In this document: one piece after another, positions 22,561-34,767 of the stretch | Layout of the letters: the number at the start of each line of letters is the position of its first letter | Position numbering within the stretch: position 1 is the first letter of the stretch | Source of the DNA: Phoronis australis | Taxonomy: Eukaryota > Animalia > Phoronida | Length of the DNA stretch: 59,817 bases | Direction: 5' to 3' | Assembly: GCA_002633005.1 (NCBI GenBank) | Contig: NMRA01001021.1 | Location: 9,367-69,183, forward strand | Notes under the pieces: generated by a model | The model's input: only the letters and a program-made list of their open reading frames with translations | The model's database searches: none | What the model was told of the DNA's origin: nothing | Made by a program: the position numbers and the translations under genes

Positions 22561-24015
22561 AACAAGAGCAATGCAGAGCATTGAAATGCGCCTACAATCG
22601 CACTGCATACGGTATCCTTCTAGGGCTGTTTATTGGTACCATAAAGTGGCCAGTCGAGGGCATATATGTAGTATGTTGTACTTTGCAAAATGGAAAGGCA
22701 TGGTCATTGTCTCCTCAATAGGCTAGAGGCAAAATGTGAGTGATCTTCATAATACAAGCACATCCTATACACCAGTTGCTTAAAGCACCACAGAAACATA
22801 GAATTAAAAACAAATTTACCAACATACGAGATTAGCACAGCATTAGAATGCCAGAAACAAATTTCTACTTGGAACTTTTCCTTCACAGTCACGAAGTAAC
22901 ACAAAGTATACACCTGAAGACCTATGAAAATACAGAGGTCAATGTAAAATACTAAAATTGCCACTAGAGGCAAATACTAAAATTGCCACTAGAGGCATAC
23001 CGGTAATCAGAATCATCCTAAAGTCGTCATCGTCCGTTGTCAACATCACATAAATACACTTGCTAAATTTAGTAAAGATCCTGCAAACGGTTTGGGAGAT
23101 ACAGCCATGGGCGCAAAAAAACAAAACTGCCACTAGGAGGCGCCACAGTAGTCCAAATCGTCTGAAAATCATTGTCAGCTGTCTTCCTTATAGTAAGCAC
23201 ATACACGCCAATTTTCACAATCATCCTTTGAGCGGTTTGGTTGATAGAGGGGTGGACGCAAAAATACAGACTCGAAAACAGTAAAAATGGCCACTAGGTG
23301 GCGCAAACTACGTCGAATCCATCTGAAAACAGGAGGATAGCGTCATCTCACTAATAGGTGCCTACATACCAAATTTCATGAAAATCCGTTCAGGACTTTT
23401 GAAGATACAAAGGTAAGCGTAAAAAACTAAAATTGCCACTAGGGGGCACACCGGTAGTCGGATCCGACCAAAAGTCGTCATCTTCCGTTGTTAACATCAT
23501 ATAAATATACTTACACAATTTGTAAAGATCCTGCGAACGGTTTAGGAGATACAGCCATAGGCGCAAAAAAACAAAACTGCCACTAGGAGGCGCCACAGTA
23601 GTCGAAATCGTCGGAAAATCATCGTCAACCGTCCTCTACATAGTAAGCATATACATGCCAATTTTCACAATCATCCTTTGAGCGGTTTGGTTGATAGAGG
23701 GGTGGACGCACAAAAACAGACTCGAAAACACTAAAAATGGCCACTAGGTGGCGCAAACTATGTCGAATCTATCTGAAAACGGGAGGATAGCGTCATCTCA
23801 CTAATAGGTGCCTACATACCAAATTTCATGAAAATCCAATAAGGACTTGTGAAGATACAAAGGTAAGCGTAAAAAAATTAAAATTGCCACTAGGGGTCAC
23901 ACCGGTAGTCGGATCCGTCCAAAAGTCGTCATCTTCCGTTGTTAACATCATATGAATATACTTACACAATTTCGTAAAGATCCTGCAAACGGTTTAGGAG
24001 ATACAGCCATAGGCG
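22561..24015 (+). mobile_element. HINE/DINE-1-like (Helentron-associated) element carrying a satellite array, truncated on the right
   Basis: Starts AACAAGAG with hairpin CAATGC-AGA-GCATTG; tandem array 22975-24015 with 450-bp period made of three ~150-bp monomers sharing GCCACTAG. Confidence 0.7.
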
Positions 24016-26881
24016 TTTCTCTTAAAAGCTTGTGCGTTCCTAGTTTTGTATAATTCACACGTTTCCCTACTCGTCAGTCATCTGATTGGTCCCTCATATT
24101 TCCTCTGTTCAGTATAGCGTGGTGTAATTCATTCAGCCACTTAACTCGTTGTCCACAAGACCTCTACTCTTTTTTCAAGTTCAGTGTTTTACCTTCTCGT
24201 CGTTGCTAAGTACGTCTTATGACAAATAACAGATGCACATCTTGGCAGCCTTATAGCACAGGACCATGGCAACTGCTTAGCTTTTCAGCTTTGTTGGGCC
24301 ACTTATTCTTTTTCTGTCACCAAAACTACTTGGTTTGCGTCCCAATCAAATATCAGTGGCTAATCAAGGGTATCGTGAGGCCGCCAGGAACGGTATTTTT
24401 CATTCCCTCTTCCCCCCAACACACACACGCACACACAAACGCGCGCACACACAGCACACGAAATCACAGCCGCGATTGGCCCCATAATAAATGCCAAAAT
24501 TTGTTTCCGTGTCAATGTACTATTTATTTTTGTCGGTGGCCAAGGGGGGAGGTCATAGTCCCTAGTTCCATCCGCCAGTTGTGCGATTTCGAAGAGGCCC
24601 CGTACTTTTAGAACCTGATACGGCGTGAACTGCATCAATTTGGTATGATTTCATTTTATACACCTAAGCTCAACATTAACATATTGGTTATTGTTTGATT
24701 GAGGCATGGGCCACGTAAGCTCGTCAAAAATGTCTTTTGAACAATTCTTGAAGAAAGTATCATCTCGCAACGTCTAAAACAGAGTTATTCACTTTACCCT
24801 GTGAGGGAATTTCAAGGAAAATCACAGAATTCACGATCGTTTAAATACGCGTCAAGGAAAAACTCTGTAGTCACCACAGAAATTCTAATCTCCCTCCCAC
24901 TTATGATAAATGCGGTCACACTCAGTCATTCGACAAGCAGCTGACTGACAAATTAGATATTAACGGCAGATTATCATGTGTGATTGCACTCTGAATTTGA
25001 GATCGACAGCGCAGTGTGAGGCATGCCAGCGATTTCACAAAAAGAATTCCAAGTGCATACCAAACTTTTGAATAATTAGGACTTCAAATCCGACGGACTA
25101 CTAATTTAACTTCCAATTGTTTTTTACATCAAAGGTCAAAAGCCACATAATGGAAATGCGTTTACGTCTAACGAGGTATACATATTAATTAATCTCATTG
25201 GTTATGTCTATGTTTTGCCATACCAAATAAAGAGACGAGATTTGCCTTGTGGGAGAAAATTGATGAGGTGACGAGCAGTTGACAGATCGTTTTTTGAAAT
25301 TTGATTCCAAAAGAAAAATGATTTGACATCAACAGAATATTTTACTAGCAAACTGTAAAAATACCTGGTGAACAAGTTAAAGTCTGTCGCAGTGGCTGAG
25401 AACCACTTTGAATAACACAACTTAGTCTGTTTTTCGCGTTGTAGATCTCTTTAAGGCCAGTATCAGGTGAAATATTCAAGCAGAAAATTAAACAATTTTC
25501 GACATGAAACAAGATTCGTTCTCCACAATAAGCTTTTCCCTTACATCACAGTTAAAATCGCTAATTCCAACCCTCACTCACTTCCATGCCAAACAGTTTC
25601 GACCATTTCCCAAACTAATGTTTATTTACTACCTTTTTGGCTGGTCACCTGTCTAGCACGAAAATGCGCTTGTCCAATTCAAGTTTCCCTAATCTTTTTC
25701 CCTAAACGATCGTCATTCACCTTCTCAGATATATTGATACATTTTTCAATATCTGTTATTTTTTGTATTAAAAATAACTGAATCACTTTATTTTCAAAAA
25801 TAATAACTGCGTTATAATCAGCAGCAGCGTATAACTTGAACGATCTTTGGTGCTTAATTTATTAAATAATATTTAAACATATGGCAAATTTAAGCTGGAA
25901 AAACGTCAAAGTTTCAAGAAATCGAGTTGTGGGAGACTACGTTGAAAGGTTCGCTGCCTTGCATCTTCATTCATCAACGAAATCCTTATCGCAGCCATTT
26001 TTCTCAGCTGTACTCAAATCATGAACTATGCTCACTAAAATCACGTGTTGTTAAACCGTAGGTCTGTGTGTGTCCTTGCGCTTAGGCGAGTGTGTGTGTG
26101 TGTGTGTTTGTGCGTGCGTGCGTGCGTGTGTTGTTACGCTCCAGTAGTTGTAACCCAATCTTTGTCCGTGGTTTACAGAACACTTTCCACAGAACGGGGC
26201 CCTTACCACAAGAGCTGAACCCTTACAACTTTCCATGAAGAACCGCATCACAAGAACTCTTACATTGCATGGTGTGAACCCTTACCGCGGACTTTGAGCA
26301 ACAACCATACACTTAACATTTTTAAAACGCAACAAAGGATTTTTAGACTAGATTTAATTGAGTGGGTGAATGGATAAAAGGGTCAAGAATGACGTCGTAA
26401 TTGTGTCAAAAAGAACACGTATAAGAGAAAGTTACTTTTAGCTATGTTTTCAAAAGTGCAAGCGCATGTGTTATGGTCATAACCACGTCAGATTTTTTTA
26501 ACCGCAGTTTCGAATTTGCAGCTTGGGGTGCTTTATGAAAGTTACTGAGACATAAGGCAGAAATTTGGTCTTCACAAAATCTGAAAAAAGGTTTACCTAA
26601 GTAATGAGCACATCACATTATAGAAATAGTTTGGAGAAATTATTTCACAAAGTTTTAGTTACTTGTTTATTCTTAGACACTGCACTTTTGGTCAAGTGAG
26701 ATTCGGATAGTTTCCAAAAATAATTGTTTGGAGTGCAAGACCATATTTCTGACTTAAGTCTTTTAAGTCACTTTTCTTGAAACAGATTCCTCATGAAATT
26801 TAAATGGTAGGTCAAAATACAGGCAAATAAGATGTCGGTGTTTGGCTTGAAGAAAAATGTAGGCCCTGGCCAGGTATTTTT

Positions 26882-26949
26882 CCTCGCTGGTTCCCTGCGT
26901 GCCGCTAGGTGGCCAGTAGCTGGCTAGGCACGCTTGGGAACCAACGAGG
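26882..26949. mobile_element. 68-bp hairpin mini-MITE in the presumed TRIM copy 2 5' intron
   Basis: CCTCGCTGGTTCCC..GCGTGCC / GGCACGC..GGGAACCAACGAGG; 8-bp TSD GTATTTTT (26874-26881, 26950-26957); empty site at ~7283. Confidence 0.85.
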
Positions 26950-27023
26950 GTATTTTTCTCGATCCTTCACAAAAGGTCTGATTGCACCAAAATTAGCTGA
27001 AAAAATCCGTTTTCTTCAGGAAG

Positions 27024-28499
27024 ATGGCAAGCAACGTACAAATGGATGAGGTCACCAAGATGTTGGAATGTCCCATCTGCATGGAGAGGTTGAATATTCC
27101 AAAGCTACTACCGTGCCATCACACATTCTGCGAGAACTGCATATCCCAGCATATCGAAAGCAAACAAGACAAAGGCTCTTTCCCATGTCCCATGTGTAAC
27201 TCAAAACTACCAGTACCAAAAACTGGTGCAAAAGAGTACCCAGGCAATATTTACCTTACACAATTCAGCGACCTGTTTCCAGAGAACAGCAAATTAGATT
27301 GTGAGGTATGTAAACTCTATGACAAAAATGCTGTAGCTGTTTCCTTGTGTATAGATTGTAAAGATCACTTGTGCAAGGAATGTTCTGTTTTCCATGGTAG
27401 AAGTAAACTGACATTTGGGCATCGAGTTGTCAGTCTCGACGAAGTCCGAAATGGTAAATATTTCGAAGAAATCAGACGGGCTCAGCTCCGATACTGTTCC
27501 ACCCATAAAGACAAGATATTGGAGATTTACTGCGTTGGGTGTGAAAAGCCAATTTGCTATTTGTGCAAAACGTTTCACCATGAAGGTCACGAAGTCAGCA
27601 ACATTGAAGATGCTGTAGCAAAAGCAGACGAAGCTGTGGCGCAACTGTTTGGTCGGTGCGAGAAGGCTAGAGAATCTTGCGCCAAAGTTTGTGAAAAGAG
27701 AAAGGATGTCCTGCAAGAAATTGACCGACAAAAGAAAAATGGTTTAGTTCATATTAAAAGAACGTGCGATACCTTCAGAGGCAAGATTGACAATGAAGAA
27801 ATGATTGCTATCAAAACGTTTGAAAACCAAATTGATATTGCAAGAAGGAAAGCTGAAGTGGCCAACAGCGAAGCTGAACAAAAGCAAGCAGATTTTAGCA
27901 ATATTTTGGGTTACATTGAGTCATTCCTAAGTTCAAGTCAAGACGTGGAAAAGCTGTTGCAATTCAGCGATATTCAGTTACGCCTCAAGAGTCTGGAAGG
28001 AGTGGACTTTGATACGACTGTGCTAAAACCAGCGATTGCGTTTCTGCCTCAAACTTTTTCAGTAGCTGATTTTCTTGTGAAAGTGGAAATATCACAGCAC
28101 TCAGAAAACATACCAGGCTTAGACTTTGGAGATCTAATTGAACGGGAACCTTGGGTTGATGATTGGAGCGCGTGTCCACGTAAGGAAAGAAGAGGTTTCT
28201 GTCCGCCACCTAAATATAAATCATCACAAAAGGGTCGTCCAAGCGTCAGGTCTACATTCATTAAATTAGTTAAGGAACCTGTGTTCAATAATGAAAGGTG
28301 GAAACATAGTGATAATCAATTTCTAACGTCGACGACCTATGAAGAGGACGATGATTTTTTAGAACATAGATTGTTAACAAACGATGAATTCCTGGCTATA
28401 GACTTTATTCACGCGGCGGACATTGAAATCCAAAGCGTGCCTCACTGCGATAAACAAAGCGGAAATTTACATTGCGTGAGTAAATGGAGTCCAACCTGA
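27024..28499 (+). CDS. TRIM/RBCC E3 ubiquitin ligase, copy 2, 491 aa
   Basis: Same RING/B-box1/B-box2/coiled coil as copy 1, alignable to about LDFGDLI; same TTCTTCAG|GAAGATG acceptor; different C-terminal tail. Confidence 0.93.
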   Translation: MASNVQMDEVTKMLECPICMERLNIPKLLPCHHTFCENCISQHIESKQDKGSFPCPMCNSKLPVPKTGAKEYPGNIYLTQFSDLFPENSKLDCEVCKLYDKNAVAVSLCIDCKDHLCKECSVFHGRSKLTFGHRVVSLDEVRNGKYFEEIRRAQLRYCSTHKDKILEIYCVGCEKPICYLCKTFHHEGHEVSNIEDAVAKADEAVAQLFGRCEKARESCAKVCEKRKDVLQEIDRQKKNGLVHIKRTCDTFRGKIDNEEMIAIKTFENQIDIARRKAEVANSEAEQKQADFSNILGYIESFLSSSQDVEKLLQFSDIQLRLKSLEGVDFDTTVLKPAIAFLPQTFSVADFLVKVEISQHSENIPGLDFGDLIEREPWVDDWSACPRKERRGFCPPPKYKSSQKGRPSVRSTFIKLVKEPVFNNERWKHSDNQFLTSTTYEEDDDFLEHRLLTNDEFLAIDFIHAADIEIQSVPHCDKQSGNLHCVSKWSPT

Positions 28500-29204
28500 A
28501 TATTAAATTTTAAAAAATGTGTCAATAATTAACCCCAGAGACGTAGAAAAATACAGTTAAAGAACAAGTCAATGTACCAAAGAGTTGTCTGACGAAAAGA
28601 TATAGGTTTTTTTCGGGAAAACTAGGTTCGAAGCATGAAAAGTAAACATGACCAAATTGCGGCGATCGTAGTGTTACGGATCAGGTATCATGCTGAATGC
28701 AGGGTTACGTTTCTTCTAATAAATTCTTGATAAAAATGCTGTCTACACGAATCAGGTCATCTGGTCCTATTGTTGACGAGTTGAAGATATTTTCGACAAT
28801 GGTGGCTCATAGTATTTTCATGATGCCATGTGCAATTAGTCTCATCTGGTTCAATTTGTTGATCAAGAGTAGGCCTATTAGATTCAAGCATAGCCTAGGT
28901 CCTGGTGAGGTAGGCACTACCGGGACTAACAGTTGATTTGTCATTGATCTGAAATAATACTTGATGTTATTAAATATATATTTTGATTACGATAAAATAC
29001 TAGGCTCGCAATTGAAAATAAAAATTATATGACCATCAATTCTGCTTTCTTGGTTTTAATAATTACGTCTATTCCATGTGTTATCTCTTTCAAATATCAA
29101 TCTCGACCAAGTTGAATTTCAAAATTAAAACACCTATATAATTCTTTCGTCCAAAGCATAACCTCGTTTTACTAGAGCTCAATTTCAGTTAACTGGACAG
29201 AACA

Positions 29205-29286
29205 CAGTGGCGGATTTAGAGGGGAGCCAAGGGGCTATGCCCAGCCCCCCCTAAAATTCTCCCAGATTCCATTTGGCAGTTCAGGA
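29205..29286 (+). mobile_element. Short CAGTGGCGGAT-type MITE running into the gap
   Basis: Matches 40888-41047 (CTAAAATTCTCCCAGATTCCATTTG). Confidence 0.7.
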
Positions 29287-30175
29287 NNNNNNNNNNNNNN
29301 NNNNNNNNNNNNNNNNNNNNNNNNNNNNNNNNNNNNNNNNNNNNNNNNNNNNNNNNNNNNNNNNNNNNNNNNNNNNNNNNNNNNNNNNNNNNNNNNNNNN
29401 NNNNNNNNNNNNNNNNNNNNNNNNNNNNNNNNNNNNNNNNNNNNNNNNNNNNNNNNNNNNNNNNNNNNNNNNNNNNNNNNNNNNNNNNNNNNNNNNNNNN
29501 NNNNNNNNNNNNNNNNNNNNNNNNNNNNNNNNNNNNNNNNNNNNNNNNNNNNNNNNNNNNNNNNNNNNNNNNNNNNNNNNNNNNNNNNNNNNNNNNNNNN
29601 NNNNNNNNNNNNNNNNNNNNNNNNNNNNNNNNNNNNNNNNNNNNNNNNNNNNNNNNNNNNNNNNNNNNNNNNNNNNNNNNNNNNNNNNNNNNNNNNNNNN
29701 NNNNNNNNNNNNNNNNNNNNNNNNNNNNNNNNNNNNNNNNNNNNNNNNNNNNNNNNNNNNNNNNNNNNNNNNNNNNNNNNNNNNNNNNNNNNNNNNNNNN
29801 NNNNNNNNNNNNNNNNNNNNNNNNNNNNNNNNNNNNNNNNNNNNNNNNNNNNNNNNNNNNNNNNNNNNNNNNNNNNNNNNNNNNNNNNNNNNNNNNNNNN
29901 NNNNNNNNNNNNNNNNNNNNNNNNNNNNNNNNNNNNNNNNNNNNNNNNNNNNNNNNNNNNNNNNNNNNNNNNNNNNNNNNNNNNNNNNNNNNNNNNNNNN
30001 NNNNNNNNNNNNNNNNNNNNNNNNNNNNNNNNNNNNNNNNNNNNNNNNNNNNNNNNNNNNNNNNNNNNNNNNNNNNNNNNNNNNNNNNNNNNNNNNNNNN
30101 NNNNNNNNNNNNNNNNNNNNNNNNNNNNNNNNNNNNNNNNNNNNNNNNNNNNNNNNNNNNNNNNNNNNNNNNNNN

Positions 30176-30400
30176 GAAAGCAAATGAAACTAAGCTTTCA
30201 TTGGGGAAGCTTTCGTATAAGCAGCCAACGATGCAAGGAGTTTTGCATGTAAAACAATCATTTGATCTTTCTTGGAATACGCCTCTATTGTTTGGGAACC
30301 CTTTACTCACAAAGACATTACTGCGTGCTGCAGAGGAAGTGCAGAGCCTGGGAGAGCTGCTCGCTGGATCACGAGACGGTTCAATCACCTATCCTCTATA
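30176..30400 (+). mobile_element. CR1/L2-type LINE fragment (region C-terminal to RT)
   Basis: Frameshifted LEYASIVWEPFTHKDI...EEVQ..RAARWI motif. Confidence 0.75.
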
Positions 30401-30406
30401 CTAACA

Positions 30407-30511
30407 GAGTTGGCTTGATGACTGAAGCTAATACAATGCCTATATATGTTACTTGAGAGAGAAAAGTAACATGTATAGGCATTGTATTAGCTACAATTAC
30501 CAAGCCAACTC
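30407..30511. repeat. Inverted repeat built from Penelope GIY-YIG sequence
   Basis: Arms GAGTTGGCTTG..GCTAATACAATGCCTATA / TATAGGCATTGTATTAGC..CAAGCCAACTC; right arm matches 44535-44590. Confidence 0.75.
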
Positions 30512-30512
30512 C

Positions 30513-31492
30513 GGCCCCTCCCCCCCTTGGCTGCCGCAAAAACAATAAAACAGTAAGAGCGTAGGGAAATGGTGAGTTTATTAATTAACCCCGGTAATTG
30601 AAATTATACGGATGAAAAAAGATTTAAATGTGTGCAGTTTTAGTGTTTGGGGGTGTGGGCTCAAACCTAATTTCAAGTGTCAAATTCGGAACACGGCGCA
30701 TTCCTAACGGAACTATGGCTAAGTATAGGCTCTCCCGCGATATCCCAGGCGACCGGCAGTGGCGCGACTCTGTTTTCGTCGTCTGCTCCACTGTGCAATG
30801 AAGAAAATTTACTTCATTTTTTAAAGAGAATGGGACCTGAGCGACGATGAAAAAACAGAAGCTGCAGGTAAGATGTGAATGTTAATCGAAGCCTTAGTGA
30901 ATCACTCAGAAACTCGCAATACTCTCTTTGTCAAACCTTATCTTAAGACGATTTCCAAAGCAATCCCGTCATTATTGCCAACACGAAAAACGGATTTGGT
31001 CTTTTGGGCATTTAAAGACTATTTAAAAACACGACAAATTTGTTAAAAATTGATGTCACAAAATATAAAACGTATAGCATTACGAAAAGAAGTAGGCTGT
31101 GGACCATAAACAAGTAGGTCTTTTAGTAAGAGGTTTGTAGTTAAATCGTGGTGGTGTAGTGGTAACGCACGCGCTCTCTACGCGACAGGTCGTGAGTTCG
31201 AGTCTTTGGTACATTCAGTTTTTCCTGTTTGACACGTTCTCCGTGTTTTTATTTTTTTTTAAATTTTTTTTCTTTTTTTCTTGGATAATATTTCAGGAAT
31301 CAAGGAAAATGCTTGATTTGATTTTTAGAGGTAAAAACAGAAAAATTTCCTGAGCGGAAGGGGGGCAAACCCCCCTCCCGACCTCCCCCCATTCGGTGCT
31401 ATGCGCATCTACAATTGTGGTTCACTTTGCGCAAATGCTTACAGCCGGACAAAATGTTGGTCCCCCCTTGTGATATCCTAGATCCGCCACTG
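30513..31492 (+). mobile_element. Family A element (left tip lost)
   Basis: Colinear with other copies; ends GATCCGCCACTG; paralogous flank GCGTGA resumes at 31493 (compare 11965). Confidence 0.85.
31148..31204 (+). promoter_or_regulatory. tRNA-like Pol III A-box/B-box segment inside family A
   Basis: TGGTGTAGTGG (A-box-like) and GAGTTCGAGTC (B-box-like) at tRNA-like spacing; also at ~534, ~13975 (-) and ~54087 (-). Confidence 0.55.
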
Positions 31493-33959
31493 GCGTGATC
31501 CTGTTATTGACAAACTACTATAAAGCTTAAATCAAAGACTAAAAGGTTTCTACTCTAAGAATAGAGACGTTTCGCAAAGCGACGTGACCGTGAATTATCA
31601 CGCATTCATAATACATGCCATTGTTGGCTGTGACGTAATCGGCGATAGTGTTCGAGGGAGATTGCTTTAAACGCGAAACCTGGGACCCTTTTTAATTCTT
31701 ATTTTTATTTTGATATGGTTCTCAAAGTATGTCGCCGTTTTGAAAACAATACGCCCGTGTCACGCGCACGCGCCATTTCCTAAATTTTTGAGACATCTCT
31801 CGGTAGATGATAGCTTGGCAGCAGCCAAATTTCTTCTGAAATTCGGTTTTTCGGAATCAAAATTCTAAAAAATTATAATGAAGTAAAACCAGTTCCGATA
31901 ATTTGTTGTGACGTGTATGCAACCTCGTGAAAGAAGAACAGTTGATTGAAGAATCGGCAAAAAAAGAAACTGGCCAATAGGTGACGCAATATTTCATGGC
32001 GCCGAAAGCCGTCGCTAAAGATCGCTACACAAATTTAGCAGCAGAGTAACGATAGAACGCCATTTTTTCCAACACCGTTAAATAATTTAGTTTACTCAAG
32101 GAAGACTGTAGTTTTTAATGGCACGAATTTTGTGTCAGATTTTAACTTTTTTACCCACATCGGTGCAAAGCTGTATATTTAGTATACAGCTTTGTACCAA
32201 GGCTAACAATGCAGTAGCCCCATCACGAACCCCATTTAGCGCCAAAAAAAATTGAGATGGCGCTTGCACTAATCGAAGTCTATGACATCGTTGTGACAAC
32301 GAATTTGGCTTTCACCGTGCCAGTGACTCCATTGGAATCAGCAGACTGGCCGTTTATTTAGTGCAAAATACGTGGAAAATCAAGGAAACACCTTAACTGT
32401 TCGTTTCATGTCAATTCATATTAAATTGGTCAAAATCGTTACTTTTAGAATTTTTTATTCAATCCGGGAGTGTGACTGTGGTCGCCGAAACAGCCGGAAA
32501 AACAAAACGCTTCGTCCGAATTGTTATCAGGCAATTTCACAATGTTTATTATAAAGTGTAATTTGCTTAATACAAAAATTTTGATAAGAACTTTGCATTC
32601 ATGTTCTCTTGAAGCCGAAGGCAGTGGAACGCTGAGCGATTCCGAGTACGGCCCGCTGAGTCCCGTAGGTGACAATAGCCCGTTTAATTTGGTGCAAAAT
32701 ACGTTTAACCGTTACAGCACATATCACCTTGATCTTTTCGTACAAAGCAATTATATTCAAATTCATTGAAAATTTTATATTAGAAACTCAATTTTCAAAA
32801 TTAATCGCCTTGAAATGCAGGGAAACCCGGACGCCGTATACCGCCGTTTTGACTCGGTCTAACTCAAAAGACTGAAAATTTAGTAGCAACAAACCGTTTT
32901 GAGTGTCTGTAATAAATTAAAACTACGAAATGTAGTCTGGACTGCATGAAAACATACCGAAATATAAGAATTTATAATCAATTCAACGTTCCGTTAGGCC
33001 TACGGGACGACCCAAATCAGGCAGGATATGATTCCGATTTGGGCCGGATTCTCTATACGCTGAGCCGGAACAGTAAGCGTCGAAGTGCGCACTGCAGATT
33101 TTCTTTTGTAGCCAGCCAGCTAGCTGTTTGAAGACTATCTCCAAAACACAGCTAGGTAACACTTAGCCAGCAGCTAGCTGTTTGAAGACTGTCGTCAAAA
33201 TACAGAAAGCTGTATATTGTACCAAGGCTAGAACAGATGTTGCTGATCGGGAATCGTTGTCGCCAGTCCTTCTAGTTGTGGTAAGACACACACGGTGAGG
33301 AAGTTGTGCATATGTATGCCGTACACCACGCAATGCGGCATTTAGTCCAAGAAGGGGCCACGATGTCATATGATTTACTTTATGCTGATTGGTTGAGATT
33401 TTTTCTGGGGCGCACGAAGGGGCTGCGAATTATGAGCGGTGTAATTTGCGTTGCAATTAATTGCTTTCCGTGCCATGTAAGAAGCAAAAACACTATTTTT
33501 ATGAACAATTCTTGCATTTCTGGTGTGAAAAAAGATGTTTTAGCCGCTGGATGCTGTCTTTAAACTTCATCTTTATGTCAAGTTTGTGTAATTCACTTTT
33601 TTGTCCATTGGATTGTTTCATTTCAGTCCTCAGGCTCAGCTGTTTTATTGTTAGTTAAAACTTCTTGGCAGACATCTTGGAAATGGGAAGTCTAGTACCA
33701 AAGCAGAGATTAGAAATAACGTCAAGTAACTTTGCAACAAAAACTGGCTTTTCCAACAATTAATAGAAATACAGATTGGTCCCTTACTGGTGTTTTGTCA
33801 AAATTGACACCTTTAAACAAGAAGGCCCCAGAACCGAATCAAACGAGTTTTGAGTTATATAACATGAAAAGTTTTTAAAAAAGTATTCAAATCACATTAC
33901 CATAGCAGTGGTCAATATGAAGGTACGATCAATCAATATTGAGAATTATTTACTCCTAA

Positions 33960-34460
33960 ATTGAGTTCAAACCTTCCTATCGGATAAGTTTATTGTGGAC
34001 TTGTATTGGAGCTATTTAGAAGGTGCCACGTGTGTGACGAGGGAGTCGCACGGCGGGATGTAAGCAGTTAGGGTGCTCAAGTCCCCATCCACTGGGAGTG
34101 TGTCGCGGGACACTCGGGCAAGTGGGACACTTCTTCCTTTGTACGTGACACGATAATGAGTACATCTCGGTAGGCAGCAACAGCGTGGCATGTTGACTGG
34201 CTCGTAAACAAAAGCAAACAACGACCGAACTTATCACAACCGAGGTACAACAATGACTGAAGCGACTGCTCTCACAGTCAGAGTGTATGAAAAGAAATTG
34301 GCGCGAAACTCTTGCCTCCCAAAACGTCCCTTCCCTCAGTAGTAGACGACGAGTAATTAATTAAATTACGAAAAGCTGTAAATAAGTGAAAAATATGTCT
34401 GGGATAATCAACGAACCCTATTTTTGCTAAAAATGACATGAAAAAAGGTTGCCTTCACCT
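33960..34460 (-). mobile_element. Kolobok-like 5' end with THAP remnant
   Basis: TTAA|AGGTGAAGGC terminus (TTAA 34461-34464); MPRCCCLPRC THAP-like start at 34191; other end not found. Confidence 0.55.
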
Positions 34461-34767
34461 TTAATATGCGCGACAAGGGAGTCAAGTCTTTATTTTGATA
34501 CATAAACGAGTCGACAAATTCGGATTTTCCCTACTACATGGATTACAATTACCCTTTTTAAGAACGTAGTCCTAACTTCTACAATACTCATTTAAATTAC
34601 AACAATGACGGATCTTTATTCTGCGGTTTATTTGGCGCGGATACGAACCGATATGATCTCGCGTGATCCAGCCTCATCACCCTTTTTTCGCGGTATTTTG
34701 TAAAATGTGAAGTGCCATATGTGAAAGACCAGTCGCCCACCGACAAGAGCGACGTCTTTCGTGAAAA

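Larger units (their letters stand above)
24024..33945 (+). repeat. Segmental duplication unit 2 (TRIM locus copy 2)
   Basis: Blocks as listed for unit 1; similarity starts immediately after the satellite array. Confidence 0.85.

Noticed and set aside
22975-24015. Regularly spaced GCCACTAG repeats resembling a CRISPR array
   Set aside because: The intervening sequences are themselves repeated with a 450-bp period; eukaryotic satellite, no cas genes
31148-31220. Functional tRNA gene
   Set aside because: No complete cloverleaf or acceptor stem is evident and it is embedded in a multicopy element
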